From a virus, in the IMG/VR virus record IMGVR_UViG_3300036790_000270, positions 32,001 through 96,000 of that record: a DNA stretch of 64,000 bases, one strand, 5' to 3'. The notes under the pieces were generated by a model. The model searched no databases, was not told the origin of the DNA, and was given only the letters and a program-made list of their open reading frames with translations. A program made the position numbers and the translations under genes. This document shows positions 16,824 to 27,814 of this stretch, piece after piece. Within the stretch, counting starts at the first letter, position 1. Each line of letters starts with the position of its first letter.

Positions 16824-19800
16824 GTGGCCAGGCTAATTGGCGACGCTTATATCGTCATCTACCCGCAGACGGACCAGTTCGGGCCGCTGCTCAAGGCGGC
16901 TGTCACCGCGCAGGTTAACGCGATCCGGCCGAAGGTCAACGTCACCCCGCAGCTGGATAAGGCCGCCGCCGCGGCGATTGAGACCGAGCTGAAGTCCCTT
17001 GGCGGCCAGGAACTCACGCTGGACGCGATGCTGTCGGCCTCGTCGATCGCGGCGATCCGGGCCGAGCTTAACGGTCTCACGAGTGACGTTAAGCTCGGTG
17101 CCGACCTGGACCCGGCTGCCCTGGCCCGGGTTGAGGCGGAGCTGAAGGCGGTCTCGGACAACCTGCAGCTGGGCGCGTCCGTTGACCCGGCGGCGCTCGC
17201 GCGGATCGCGTACGAGCTGCGGGCGATCGGGCAGAACGTGCCAGTGGACCTGCAGCTGGACAGCCCGAGCCTTTACGCGGCGCGGGTTGAGATGCAGAAC
17301 GCGCTCGGCGAGATCCGGCCGGACCTTGACATTGACCCGGCGTCGCTGGCCGCCGCACGGGCGCAGCTGGCCTCGGTTATCGCGAACGTGCCGCTCAACT
17401 TCAGCCCGGCGCAGGTTGCCGCGGCCGTTGCTGACCTGAACATGGACCTGCGGACGGGCATCACCACCGTTAACATCCCGGTCGGTCTCAGTCTCCCGGA
17501 GCTGACTGCCGCCGCCGCGTCGCTTAACGCTTACATGCGGAGCAACACCGCAACGGTGCAGGTGCCGGTGCAGGTCAGTCAGGCGCAGCTTGCAGCGGCG
17601 GTTGCCTCCCTTGACGCTTACCTGCGGACCGGTATCACCACGGTCAACATCCCGGTCGGCTTCAGTGCCGCGCAGGTCGCAGTCGCCAGCATCGCGCTGA
17701 ACAGGTACATCCAGTCGGGCATCACCCCGGCGACTGTCCCGGTGCAGGTCAGTAAGGCGTCCCTGGCGGCGATGAACGCGTCCATCAACGCCTACCTGCG
17801 CACGGGCACCACTGCCGTTAACATCCCGGTGCAGCTTAACCAGGCGCAGCTTGCCGCGATGCGCGCGTCGCTCAGTGCCTACCTGAACGCCGCCCCGGTT
17901 AGCGTGAACGTCAGCACCGCCAGCGCGATGACGAAGGTTGCCGCCCTGGGCGCCTACACCTCCCAGGTGATGGGCAACGCGTTCAGCAACGTCAACGTCG
18001 CCGGGGCGCTCGCCAAGATACTGTCGCTGCAGGCTGCCGCGGCGAGCATCGGGGCGACGTTCAGCGCGATGGCTAATACCAGCAACGTGCTCAACATGAG
18101 CCTGTCACTGGCGGGCGCAAGCGCTAACTCACTGATGAAGGCGTTCATCACGATGGTGAACGGCGGCGGCGCCTGGGGCGTGCTGACGTCCCGGATTACC
18201 TTGTTCGCCGGCGCGCTGAACCAGGTGCTGCCCGAGGTGCTGTCGAGCGTGTCCGTCTGGCACCTGGCGACTGACTGGGTGCTGGAGTTCGCCGCGGTCC
18301 TGGTGCCGGCGTCCCTGGCCGTCACCGCCTGGGGCGCGGTCATGGCATTCGTTGCAGCGGACGCGCTGACCAAGTTCCAGGCGATCTCGGCAGCGGCGAC
18401 GGTGACCGGCGAGAAGATCGGGTCGTTCAACTCGAACCTGAAGAACGGCATCGGGCCGCTTCAGTCGCTGCAGAACTACCTGAACCCGACGGTGTGGGAG
18501 CTGTACGGCGACGCTATGACGGTCGCCACGTCGAAGAGCAGCGTCTTCACCGGGATCGTGAAGCAGGTCAATACCGTCGTGGAGGACCTGGCCGCCCGGA
18601 TGACGGCGGCGTTCTCCTCAACCGGGGTGCAGACGTTCATGCAGAACGGCGCCCTCGACTTCCAGCGGTTCGGCACGATCATCGGCAACCTGGGCGGCGC
18701 GTTCGGTAACTTTGTCAAGGACGTCCCTGGTTACGCTGAGATTATAGAAGAACTGTTCGAGAAGATAACGGCTGGTATCGAGGCGTTCACGGCGTTCGCC
18801 GGGCCCGTTATCCAGGCTGGCCTCGCGATGCACGGCTTCATCCTTTACGTTGGCCTGGCGCTGACCGCCGGGGTGTCCCTGATTGCCGGCATCGGCAACG
18901 TCACCGCCAAGTTCTTCACCTTCGCCGCCTCCGCGGTCGACCTGAGTACCATCAGCGAAACCATCCAGATTGCCTTCCTCAACGCCGGGCTCGCAATTAC
19001 CGGGTTCATCGAGCGCATCGCGCTGCTGGTGAGCAACCCGTACGTCGTCGCGCTCGCCGCCATCGGCCTGGCAGCGTACGACATGGTGGAGGATTTTGAC
19101 TCCGCTTCCTCGGCGGTCAGCAACTGGGCGCGGAACCTGACGCAGGGCATCGCCCAGATGCAGGGCGGCGCGGCGCTGCAGTCAATCTCTGAGGCGTTCG
19201 GCAAGATCACCACGCAGATCCAGCTAGCCTCCTCGCCGGCCGCGTACAACCAGATCGCGGCGAACTGGAACAACCTGTCCAACACGGGGAACGCGTTCGC
19301 CAAGGACTCGACTTACGACGCGAACGAGTGGATCAGCGCCTGGTCGGACCTGGGCAAGGCCCTGCTCACCAGTTCCGGCTGGGCGACGACGGTCTCCAAG
19401 TTCGGTAACGCCATCGCGGACATGTTCGTCACCGGCAAGGGCGTTACCCTCCAGGTAGCCGCTAACGTCGGCGCCCTGGAAAACGCGTACCAGCAGCTCT
19501 CCGTCCAGCAGCAGAACCTGCTCGTCGTGACCGGGCAGCTGATGACAAGCACCCTGAAGATTCCCGGCACCAACCAGCTGGCCACCACCACCACCTACTC
19601 CTACGCGCAGAGCCTCGGCATCCTGAACGCGGCCGGCGTGCAGTCCACTGACAGCCTGGCGACGATGGAAACCAAGGTCGCCAGCCTGCTGCAGGGCTAC
19701 CAGACGCTCGGGCTGACCGCCGGCCAGGTCGGCAACGCCGTTAACGCGATGACGTTCGCCACCCAGCTGGGGCAGACCGGCATCACCAAGATGACCCAGG

Positions 19801-22334
19801 GCTACTCCAGCTTCATCTCCACCATTACCGGCGGCGAGACCGCGTTCACCACCTTCGGCGAGGGCCTCGCCACGCTCGCGCAGGCATTCAACTCCGCCGG
19901 CATCGCAACGTACACCGACAAGCTCGGCACCCTCCAGGTGAAGACCAATGAGGCCGCCACGTCGATGGACGGGCTGTCTGCCGCCGACCTGAACGTCCGC
20001 GGCGCGTTCGCCACGGAGATCACCAACGCGACCAACCTGTACAACAGCCTGCTTACCCTGGCCACCGTCTCTGACGCCGGCGCTAAGGGACAGGGGCTGC
20101 TCGCCCAGGCGGGCAAGGACATGGTCGCGACGCTGCTGCCACTCGCCAAGGGCAGTGCCACCGCGATGTCTGAGGTGTCCGCGCTCGCGCAGATCGCCGG
20201 CGGCCCGGCTACCACCTCGTTCCAGACGCTGTCTAACTGGGTTGGCAAGGTGCAGAACCCGATGCAGCAGCTGAATAGCATCGAGGGCAAGCTGACCGTC
20301 TCCTCCGTTAACCTGGAGACCGACGCCAACAACCTGGCGGGCGCGTTCGGCGTCACCTTGACCAGCGCTATCTCCGGCGCCCTGTTCGCCGCGGAGAAGG
20401 GCCCGCAGGCACTGCAGGGACTTGCGACCGCCCTGGCGGCCATGGTGAACGGCACTGGTTCCGCGACTGACGTCGAAGCGGCGCTGCGGCAGCTGATCCC
20501 GGCGCTCACCCTGATGACGGGCAGCGGCAAGAACGCGGAAGCCCAGTTCCTGGCGATGGGCGGCGCGCTGCATATCAGCCAGAGCGAGCTGGCCGCCATG
20601 TGGGACGCGGCCCAGCCGGTTCCCGGCACCCTGATCAACGCTGCTGCCGCGGCGAAGAGCTTCACGGCCGCGGTGCAGGACACCGGCAACGTGCTGAAGG
20701 GCATCCCCGGGGTTCTTACCAGCAACCTCGCCGGGTACACCCAGCTGCAGGCGATGCTCGCCAAGACCGACACCGGCCTGACCAACAACACCAGCGCGGC
20801 GAACCTGGGCAAGCAGGCGTTCATTAACTTCGCCGAGCAGGGCCTGCACCAGACGGCCGCGCAGGCGACCGCGCTGTGGGCGAACATCAACGACCAGAAC
20901 CTGGTGAAGCTGGGCGATGAGGCCACCACCACCAAGACCCTGTTCATCCAGCTAGCCGAAAACGGCATGGGCCTCACCAAGACCCAGGCGACCGCCCTGT
21001 GGACCACGCTGCGCCTGCAGTACCTGGATACCCTCGCGTCTAAGGCAGGCACGACGGAGTCGTCGTTTGTCGCCCTGGCCAAGAGCGGCCTCAACCTGTC
21101 GAACACGGCGGCTGAGAACCTGTGGACCTCGATGCGCCAGCAGTACCTGGACACCCTGGCGTCCAAGGCGGGCGAGACCGAGACCGCGTTCGAGGGCGTC
21201 GCCAAGCAGTTCGGCCTCAACCAGACGGCAGCCGAGCAGCTGTGGACGGCGATGCACACCCTCGCCTCCGGCAGCCCTTACAACGCGAACGTCAACGCCA
21301 CCATCGGCGCGTCCGGTGAGGTATCGGTGCTGGAGGACATCGCCGCGCCCGGCGTCGCCGTGACCAAGAACATCCTCGGCGAGCTGACGTTCTCCGCGGC
21401 GGGCGGCATCATCAACGGCAAGGGCCCGTCCGGCAAGGATTCCACCCTGGTAATGGCGGCGCCTGGTGAGGCCATCATCCCGACGGCGCACGTGCCGAAG
21501 ATCGCCGACATGGCGCGCAAGGCCTCCATTCCCGGTTTCACGGCCGGCGGCCTCGTTGCCGGCGCACCCGGGCTGGAAACCCAGCTCGGCCAGATCGTGC
21601 CGACGACGGCGAAGGACGTGGGCAGCTACGCGCAGTCGGTTATCCAGGCGTTCGTCACCGGGGCGTCTAAGACCGCGGACGCGTCCGCCACGGCGATGCT
21701 GCCCACTGTCGGCGCGCAGACGTCCACCCAGATCGTGTCAATCCTTGAGCAGGCGCTGAAGATCACCAACACGCCGCTGTCCTGGCTGCCCGCCCTGGAA
21801 ACCCTGGTGAGCAAGGAATCGTCCGGTAACGCGTCCGCGGTCGACCCGATCTCGGTTGACGGCCAGCACGCTACCGGCCTGTTCCAGACGCTGCCCAGCA
21901 CTTTCGCGCAGTACGCGATGCCCGGGTACGCCGCCGGCCCCACCAACGCGCTGGACGACGCGATCGCGGGCATCCGCTACATCAAGGCCGAGTACGGCAC
22001 GCCCGCTGCCATCACCGGTATCGGCAAGCCCGGCACCTACGAGGGCTACAGCGCCGGCGGCATGGTCAACGAGCCGGTGTTCGGCTACGGGAAGTTCTCC
22101 GGGATGCCGTACTCATTCGCGGAGAACGGGCCCGAGCAGGTCATCCCCGGCGGCGCGGCCACTCAGTCGCAAGCAGGGCTCCCGGGGCTCACCATGTACC
22201 AGGGAAACACGCTCATTCAGCTGCTGCAACAGCAAAACAAGCTCCTCGGGCAAATGCCGTACACGCAAGCACAGGCGATCAACCAGGCCAATGCGACCGG
22301 CGTGCGCAGGGGATACTTTGCGACGAGTGGCTGA
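16824..22334 (+). CDS. tape measure protein with C-terminal lytic transglycosylase (SLT-like) domain
   Basis: 1836 aa, Ala/Leu-rich and helical, follows the chaperones. C-terminal KESSGN...ATGLFQ...AGIRYIKAEYG. Confidence 0.9.
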   Translation: MARLIGDAYIVIYPQTDQFGPLLKAAVTAQVNAIRPKVNVTPQLDKAAAAAIETELKSLGGQELTLDAMLSASSIAAIRAELNGLTSDVKLGADLDPAALARVEAELKAVSDNLQLGASVDPAALARIAYELRAIGQNVPVDLQLDSPSLYAARVEMQNALGEIRPDLDIDPASLAAARAQLASVIANVPLNFSPAQVAAAVADLNMDLRTGITTVNIPVGLSLPELTAAAASLNAYMRSNTATVQVPVQVSQAQLAAAVASLDAYLRTGITTVNIPVGFSAAQVAVASIALNRYIQSGITPATVPVQVSKASLAAMNASINAYLRTGTTAVNIPVQLNQAQLAAMRASLSAYLNAAPVSVNVSTASAMTKVAALGAYTSQVMGNAFSNVNVAGALAKILSLQAAAASIGATFSAMANTSNVLNMSLSLAGASANSLMKAFITMVNGGGAWGVLTSRITLFAGALNQVLPEVLSSVSVWHLATDWVLEFAAVLVPASLAVTAWGAVMAFVAADALTKFQAISAAATVTGEKIGSFNSNLKNGIGPLQSLQNYLNPTVWELYGDAMTVATSKSSVFTGIVKQVNTVVEDLAARMTAAFSSTGVQTFMQNGALDFQRFGTIIGNLGGAFGNFVKDVPGYAEIIEELFEKITAGIEAFTAFAGPVIQAGLAMHGFILYVGLALTAGVSLIAGIGNVTAKFFTFAASAVDLSTISETIQIAFLNAGLAITGFIERIALLVSNPYVVALAAIGLAAYDMVEDFDSASSAVSNWARNLTQGIAQMQGGAALQSISEAFGKITTQIQLASSPAAYNQIAANWNNLSNTGNAFAKDSTYDANEWISAWSDLGKALLTSSGWATTVSKFGNAIADMFVTGKGVTLQVAANVGALENAYQQLSVQQQNLLVVTGQLMTSTLKIPGTNQLATTTTYSYAQSLGILNAAGVQSTDSLATMETKVASLLQGYQTLGLTAGQVGNAVNAMTFATQLGQTGITKMTQGYSSFISTITGGETAFTTFGEGLATLAQAFNSAGIATYTDKLGTLQVKTNEAATSMDGLSAADLNVRGAFATEITNATNLYNSLLTLATVSDAGAKGQGLLAQAGKDMVATLLPLAKGSATAMSEVSALAQIAGGPATTSFQTLSNWVGKVQNPMQQLNSIEGKLTVSSVNLETDANNLAGAFGVTLTSAISGALFAAEKGPQALQGLATALAAMVNGTGSATDVEAALRQLIPALTLMTGSGKNAEAQFLAMGGALHISQSELAAMWDAAQPVPGTLINAAAAAKSFTAAVQDTGNVLKGIPGVLTSNLAGYTQLQAMLAKTDTGLTNNTSAANLGKQAFINFAEQGLHQTAAQATALWANINDQNLVKLGDEATTTKTLFIQLAENGMGLTKTQATALWTTLRLQYLDTLASKAGTTESSFVALAKSGLNLSNTAAENLWTSMRQQYLDTLASKAGETETAFEGVAKQFGLNQTAAEQLWTAMHTLASGSPYNANVNATIGASGEVSVLEDIAAPGVAVTKNILGELTFSAAGGIINGKGPSGKDSTLVMAAPGEAIIPTAHVPKIADMARKASIPGFTAGGLVAGAPGLETQLGQIVPTTAKDVGSYAQSVIQAFVTGASKTADASATAMLPTVGAQTSTQIVSILEQALKITNTPLSWLPALETLVSKESSGNASAVDPISVDGQHATGLFQTLPSTFAQYAMPGYAAGPTNALDDAIAGIRYIKAEYGTPAAITGIGKPGTYEGYSAGGMVNEPVFGYGKFSGMPYSFAENGPEQVIPGGAATQSQAGLPGLTMYQGNTLIQLLQQQNKLLGQMPYTQAQAINQANATGVRRGYFATSG

Positions 22335-22446
22335 CCGTCGCGGGCGCAGCTCCTGTGGGCCTCGTTACGAAGTTGGCCTGCGGCGGTCAGCTGCGAGCAC
22401 TGCGGGCGTTGGCTGACTGGGTTTCGTTTCGAGAGTGGCCCGCGGT
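22330..22446 (-). ncRNA. two hairpin-closed TIGR-like units
   Basis: On +: cagctcctg-tgggcctcg-ttacgaagt and ttggctgac-tgggtttcg-tttcgagag. Each lies between GGGCG and TGGCC and is enclosed by inverted repeats. Confidence 0.7.
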
Positions 22447-22534
22447 AGTCGCAACAGCTGAGTAGCGGCCGGTATTCCGCCCGTATAGGGTCAGCGTAGG
22501 GAGCGCTCGGCAGACCGCTGAGCTGGCCTGAGTC

Positions 22535-25500
22535 GTGTCGCGCGGAGGACGTGTGGCCGCCTACTCAGGCAGCTCGTACCCATACTGGCTGACGTTGCAG
22601 GGCAACGGCTCTGTCGCCAACGCCGGGGCGCAGTCGGAGAACATCCCGGTCACGCCAGGGACGGACTACGCGTTCACCGTCGTCGCGGCGTACTCGGGGT
22701 TCTTCTCGGGCGGCATCAAGCTGACGCTCGCCTGGTACGAGTCGGGCGGCACGCCGATCAGCTCGGTGACCGCCACCAGCGGCGCGATGGCCCCCAACGA
22801 GCTGGTTGAAGTTGCCACCGCCTCGACGGCCGCGCCCAGCCTCGCGTCTTACGCGATCGCGACTGTCGCCCAGGACGGGCTGCCCGGGGCGTCTAACGTC
22901 CTGTCGGTCTTCGCCGCCACGGTTACCCCGGCGGCCTCGATCCCGGTCAACATCAACTACGCCTTCACCTGGACGTTCTGGCCCTGGGAAGGAGTTAACG
23001 ACGCGACGCTGGGCTGGCAGGCGGACCAGTTCCTGGTCGACAACAACGACTCGCTGGTGCTGTCCGGGGTCATTGAGCTGATGGGCGGCGCGGGCGGCGT
23101 TGAGTGCACGGCGATCCCCGAGCTGCTGGACGCCAACGGGGTCGGCCCGCGGTACCGCATCCTGGCGGCGCCGTCGCTGAACACCGCAGCGTACGGCTAT
23201 GAGGCGTCTTACGACATGAACGCCCCGCAGCCGACCCAGGACGTCGTCGCGTCGATGCTGCTGGACGGGGAGCGGCCGTTCGGCACCCGGGCGTCCAACC
23301 GGACGATCTCGCTGCCCATCATTATCTTCGGCACGCTCAACGGCGGCATGAAGCAGGTGCTGGCGGCCCGCGAGTACCTGATGAGCCTGATCGACCAGCA
23401 GGTCTGGCAGATTACCTGGACCTCGTCCGGCAGCGGCCTGCCGATGCTGTACGACTGCTTCCGGGCGCTGCCGTCGATCCCGCTGTACGGCTTCAACTAC
23501 TCCTCCGGCGGCTCGGCGGTCGGGTCGGCGGCGGCTGCCACCCACGGCGGCGCGCTCGGGCGGCCCAACTACCCGATCGCCATGATCACCGTCACCCTCC
23601 AGGCGCTGCCTTACGGCCGCAGTGACATTGACGGCATCCAGAACCTGGCGATCGCCAACAGCCTGATCAACTCCCCGGTGCCGCCGGGCAGCCAGGGCGT
23701 CGACAACTTCTCCTCGGTCACCGGCGGCCAGGGCTGGGTGCAGGACGACACCAAGTTCGTGCAGGGCGGTACCGCGTCCATCCGCTACGACGCGCCCGTG
23801 CCGGTCAGCTCGCCGTACCCGGCCGCCATTTACGCGCATAGCCTGTCCGCACCGGTCAGCGTCATCGGGCTGCCCGCCATAGCGGTCTGGCTGGGGCAGG
23901 CCTACGACACCCAGTGGGCGCCGTCCCCGTCGTTCGTCTCTAACGTCACCCTCGCCTGGACGCTGACCGACGGCCTGGGCCGCACCCTGTCGTTTTCGGC
24001 GACGCAGAATGCGGCACCCTGGGGGGCGCTGCCGTCCACCCCGCAGTGGACGCTGGTCAGCGCGCCGATCCCGCAGGCAAGCGCCAGCTTCTCCTACGGG
24101 GACGTCACCGGCTACTCCGTCGTCGTCACCAACTGGGCGGGCTCCGGCAACACGGGGCTCGTGCGGATGCACGCGTGGCTGAACGACCTGGTCGCCGTGC
24201 CGCAGACGGTGGCTAACCAGCCGTCCCCGCGCGGGGTGCTCTACAACCTGTTCTCGCTGCCCGGCAGCGCCCGCGCCCCCATCAACGTGCAGTGCCAGCT
24301 GCCCGCTACCGCGCCGGTCGTGCAGGAGATCACCACCCCGGCCTCCGGCAGCTGGATCGTGCCGCCGTCGGTCTACCAGCTTGAGGCGGAAGCCTGGGGG
24401 GGCGGCGGCGGCGGGGCGACCGTCAACCAGGCACGGCCGACCGCGGGCGCCGGCGGGGGCGGCGGCGAGTACGCGGCTGAGCCCCTGCTGAACGTGATCC
24501 CCGGTGCCGTCGTCCCTTACAGCCTCGGCTCGGGCGGTACGCCGTCCCAGGTGCAGGACACCGTCATCGACATCACGACGCCCGGCGCGCACAGCTGGCT
24601 CTGCCCGCCGAACGTCACCTCCCTGCTGGTGGAGTGCTGGGGCGGCGGCGGGGCGGGCGCGGCCGGGTCGGGCGGCGGCGGGGCGGGCGGCTACTCGTCC
24701 TCCACGGTCACCGTCGTGCCCGGCCAGTCGTACAACCTGTCGGTCGGCGCGGGCGGCACCGCTAACTCGGGGACCACGTCGGCGGATAACGCGGCCCGTA
24801 ACGGCGCGGCAACCTGGTTCGGCAACTCCAGTGCCACCGGGATCAGCAACGCCCTGGTCGCCGCGTCTGGCGGTACTTCCCCGACCACCGGCAGCACCTC
24901 GGGCGGCTCCGGCGGCAGCAACTCCGGCTGCCCCGGCACCACGCAGTACCCCGGCGGCAACGGCGGCTGGGCCCCGGGCGGCGGCGGGGGCGGCGGCGGC
25001 GGGTGCGCGGGGCACAGCGGTCGCGGCGGCCACGGCCGGGCGCCTGCCTCCAACGGGTTCGGCGCGGTGTGGTGCGGCTCCGGTTCCGGCGGCTCCGGCA
25101 GCGGCCAGGGCGGTAACGGCGGTAACGGCTCGTCCTGCCCGGGTACCCCGTCGGGCGGTTTCTTCCCCGGTGGCGGCGGCGGCGGCGGTTTCTGCGGCAC
25201 CTACTTCCAGTACGCGGCGCAGCCTGTGCAGGCGACTCCCGGTACCGCCCAGGTCAACTACATGGGTGCTAACGGCGCCAACGGCATGGTGCAGCTGACT
25301 TACGCCATCGGCAACGGCATCGCGGTCAACGGCGGGGCCACCATCTTCGGGTCGGCCGGCACGACGGGCACCGTGGTTACCGCCAACGGCGGCGCGAGCG
25401 CGGCCCTGAACTCGGTGACCGGCGCGGCGGGCGGCTCGGGCAGTGCTAACACGGTGCACGAGAGCGGCGGCGCGGGCGGCCTTAACACCTCCGGCACCTA

Positions 25501-27814
25501 CGGCAGCTGGATGCTCGGCCCGTCGGTCAGCAACCTGTTCCAGACGCTGAGCTCGTTCACCTACAGCGCGGGCAGCCACACCTCCGCGGCGGCCAGCAGC
25601 TCCTGCGCGCAGGGCGGCGGCGTCGTGCTCATTGAGTCGGCTGCTCCCGTCTTCGACCTGGTGGTCACGGACTCCGCGGGCAACACCTACGTCAACCAGC
25701 AGCAGCAGGGCGGCGGCAGCGGCGGGGCGACCGGCTGCATCTACGTTTTCAGCACCCCGCTGGCCTTCCCGGTTACTACCAGCACCACCCTGACCGTCAC
25801 CTCGGCGACCAGCCAGGAGTACGGCGCCATCTGGTACGCCTCGCCGTGGATCACCGACGCCACCGGCTCCAACAACGGGCAGGGCAACGGCACCGGGACC
25901 GCGGTCAGCGGCCAGTTCGGCACTGCCGACAACGTGTCCGCGCAGTATGAGCTGGTGCTCGCGTTCAACGCCACCAATCAGACCTTCGGGACCCCCACTT
26001 ACGGCGGCAAGCTCTGGTACGCACCCGGCTCGACCAGCTCCCTGGTGGCGGGCGGCAGCCTGTCCATGCAGGCGTACGTGGGACTGAACTCCGGCGGCGG
26101 CACCGGCTCGGCTAACGGGGACGCCTTCGCGCAGGCCATCGGCGGCAGCTCCTCCTGGGCGGTGCTGTGCATCCCGCTCATGGCGGCCAGTCAGCAGGCG
26201 TACGCGCCGCAGCTCGACTGGCGGGCCGGCACCACCCCGGGAGCGTCGACCACCTGGGGCACTGACTGCTCCATCTCGGCGGAGGGCATGATCGCCGTCG
26301 TCGGGATGGCCGGGTCCGGCAGCGGCATCACGGCGGGGCCGTCCGCGTTCAGTGACCAGGGCGGCAACGTCTACACGGTGCAGAACACGACGGTGCTGCC
26401 GTCTAGCGGCGGGGTGATGTTCCTGGCGACCGCGCCGGTCACCGCGGCGATGACGCAGGGCGCGTCGGGCACGGTCAGCTGGGGGCACGCGTCGGCCGCG
26501 CCCAACTACTGGACGGCCGCCTACTGGATTCCGAACGCCACCGGCCTGGACGGGGTCTCTGCGGTGACCGGCAGCAGCGGTACGCCGTCGGGGGTCTACG
26601 CGCCGTCTGCCAGCAACGACATGACCCTGGCGGTGCTCGGGAACGCGGTGAGCGTTACGGCGTCAGGCACGATGGCCGCGCCGTGGAACTACCTGGACGC
26701 CAATAGCCAGGCGTACCTGTCGGGGCAGACGTGGGCCTGCCAGGTGACTGACCGGACGGCGGTTACCGCCGCCACGACGATGACCTCCGACCCGTGGGCG
26801 ATGCTCCTGGCCGGGTTCACGATGAACGTGCGGGCAGGCGGCGGCGGCGCAGCCGGGGGTCCTGGTAACACGGGCTACCCGTCGACCTTCTACGGCGGCG
26901 GTCCGGGTTACGCGGGCGGCGGCAAGGGCGGCCTGGGCGCGCAGTCCCTTAATACCAACGGCGGCGGCGCGTCACTGCCCGGCGGCGGGGGCGGCGGCTC
27001 CTACGGGGCGACCACCACCTCGATCGAGGGCGGGCAGGGCGGGCAGGGCGCCGCGCGGATCACCTACTCGCCGCCGCTCACCCCGTTTAACACGCTGATC
27101 GTGCACCGGCCGGGGACGACCGCGAGCAAGAACCTGAACCCGCTGTGCCCGATCCCGATCACCGACGTGCCGAACAACACCGAGTACACGGTGACCAATG
27201 CGGTGCAGGCGTCGATCCCGGCGGCGTTCAACAGCACCTACACCGTCATCCTGGTCAACCACGCCTGGGACTCGGCCACCCTCGGTACCGCGCGGACGAT
27301 CACCGTGACGATCTCCCAGTACGAGTACCCGGGCGGCCCGGCCTCGTCAGTGCAGGTCAGTCGCGCCGTGACGCCCTCAACTGACGTGGTCAACGGAATT
27401 CTCAACATGGGCGAAGTCACCTTGCCGGTCAAGGATTACGCCAAGTTCAATAACCAGGCGTACTTCACGGTGAGTATCAACGACACTGACGCCAGCGACC
27501 GGTTCATGGACGTCCTGTTCCTGGACACCACCGGGCAGACCGTCCTGCTGAACATCGACCCGAGCCAGCCTGGCTACAACACCTACGTCAACTTCTACAT
27601 TGACGAGCCGACCGCCGACCGCGACCTCGGCTTCATCGGCGGCACCTGCCAGGACCGGCAGCACAACGTCTCGCTGATGGAGTACACCTTCGTCTCCGGC
27701 GGCCCGCTGTACATCGGCGCGGGTGACAACCTGCTGCTCACCTACAGCCCAAGTGGCGCGCCGAGTCTCGGGCTGAGTTATAGCCCGCGCTGGTACCTAG
27801 ACAGGATTGTCTAG
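22535..27814 (+). CDS. large minor tail protein with glycine-rich domains
   Basis: 1759 aa directly after the tape measure gene. Repeated E.WGGGGGG...GGGGG.Y Gly-rich modules. Confidence 0.8.
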   Translation: MSRGGRVAAYSGSSYPYWLTLQGNGSVANAGAQSENIPVTPGTDYAFTVVAAYSGFFSGGIKLTLAWYESGGTPISSVTATSGAMAPNELVEVATASTAAPSLASYAIATVAQDGLPGASNVLSVFAATVTPAASIPVNINYAFTWTFWPWEGVNDATLGWQADQFLVDNNDSLVLSGVIELMGGAGGVECTAIPELLDANGVGPRYRILAAPSLNTAAYGYEASYDMNAPQPTQDVVASMLLDGERPFGTRASNRTISLPIIIFGTLNGGMKQVLAAREYLMSLIDQQVWQITWTSSGSGLPMLYDCFRALPSIPLYGFNYSSGGSAVGSAAAATHGGALGRPNYPIAMITVTLQALPYGRSDIDGIQNLAIANSLINSPVPPGSQGVDNFSSVTGGQGWVQDDTKFVQGGTASIRYDAPVPVSSPYPAAIYAHSLSAPVSVIGLPAIAVWLGQAYDTQWAPSPSFVSNVTLAWTLTDGLGRTLSFSATQNAAPWGALPSTPQWTLVSAPIPQASASFSYGDVTGYSVVVTNWAGSGNTGLVRMHAWLNDLVAVPQTVANQPSPRGVLYNLFSLPGSARAPINVQCQLPATAPVVQEITTPASGSWIVPPSVYQLEAEAWGGGGGGATVNQARPTAGAGGGGGEYAAEPLLNVIPGAVVPYSLGSGGTPSQVQDTVIDITTPGAHSWLCPPNVTSLLVECWGGGGAGAAGSGGGGAGGYSSSTVTVVPGQSYNLSVGAGGTANSGTTSADNAARNGAATWFGNSSATGISNALVAASGGTSPTTGSTSGGSGGSNSGCPGTTQYPGGNGGWAPGGGGGGGGGCAGHSGRGGHGRAPASNGFGAVWCGSGSGGSGSGQGGNGGNGSSCPGTPSGGFFPGGGGGGGFCGTYFQYAAQPVQATPGTAQVNYMGANGANGMVQLTYAIGNGIAVNGGATIFGSAGTTGTVVTANGGASAALNSVTGAAGGSGSANTVHESGGAGGLNTSGTYGSWMLGPSVSNLFQTLSSFTYSAGSHTSAAASSSCAQGGGVVLIESAAPVFDLVVTDSAGNTYVNQQQQGGGSGGATGCIYVFSTPLAFPVTTSTTLTVTSATSQEYGAIWYASPWITDATGSNNGQGNGTGTAVSGQFGTADNVSAQYELVLAFNATNQTFGTPTYGGKLWYAPGSTSSLVAGGSLSMQAYVGLNSGGGTGSANGDAFAQAIGGSSSWAVLCIPLMAASQQAYAPQLDWRAGTTPGASTTWGTDCSISAEGMIAVVGMAGSGSGITAGPSAFSDQGGNVYTVQNTTVLPSSGGVMFLATAPVTAAMTQGASGTVSWGHASAAPNYWTAAYWIPNATGLDGVSAVTGSSGTPSGVYAPSASNDMTLAVLGNAVSVTASGTMAAPWNYLDANSQAYLSGQTWACQVTDRTAVTAATTMTSDPWAMLLAGFTMNVRAGGGGAAGGPGNTGYPSTFYGGGPGYAGGGKGGLGAQSLNTNGGGASLPGGGGGGSYGATTTSIEGGQGGQGAARITYSPPLTPFNTLIVHRPGTTASKNLNPLCPIPITDVPNNTEYTVTNAVQASIPAAFNSTYTVILVNHAWDSATLGTARTITVTISQYEYPGGPASSVQVSRAVTPSTDVVNGILNMGEVTLPVKDYAKFNNQAYFTVSINDTDASDRFMDVLFLDTTGQTVLLNIDPSQPGYNTYVNFYIDEPTADRDLGFIGGTCQDRQHNVSLMEYTFVSGGPLYIGAGDNLLLTYSPSGAPSLGLSYSPRWYLDRIV

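Noticed and set aside
22464-22507. possible sixth copy of the GGCC...GGAGC leader motif
   Set aside because: The insert is much longer, the closing stem is only 3 bp and out of register, and there is no clear -10 at the matching distance.
22565-26488. 1307-aa minus-strand ORF and similar long antisense ORFs (9069-10718, 19224-21259, 30102-31991, 32123-33556)
   Set aside because: These are shadow frames of high-GC3 plus-strand genes, with Arg/Ala/Gly-rich composition and no motifs.
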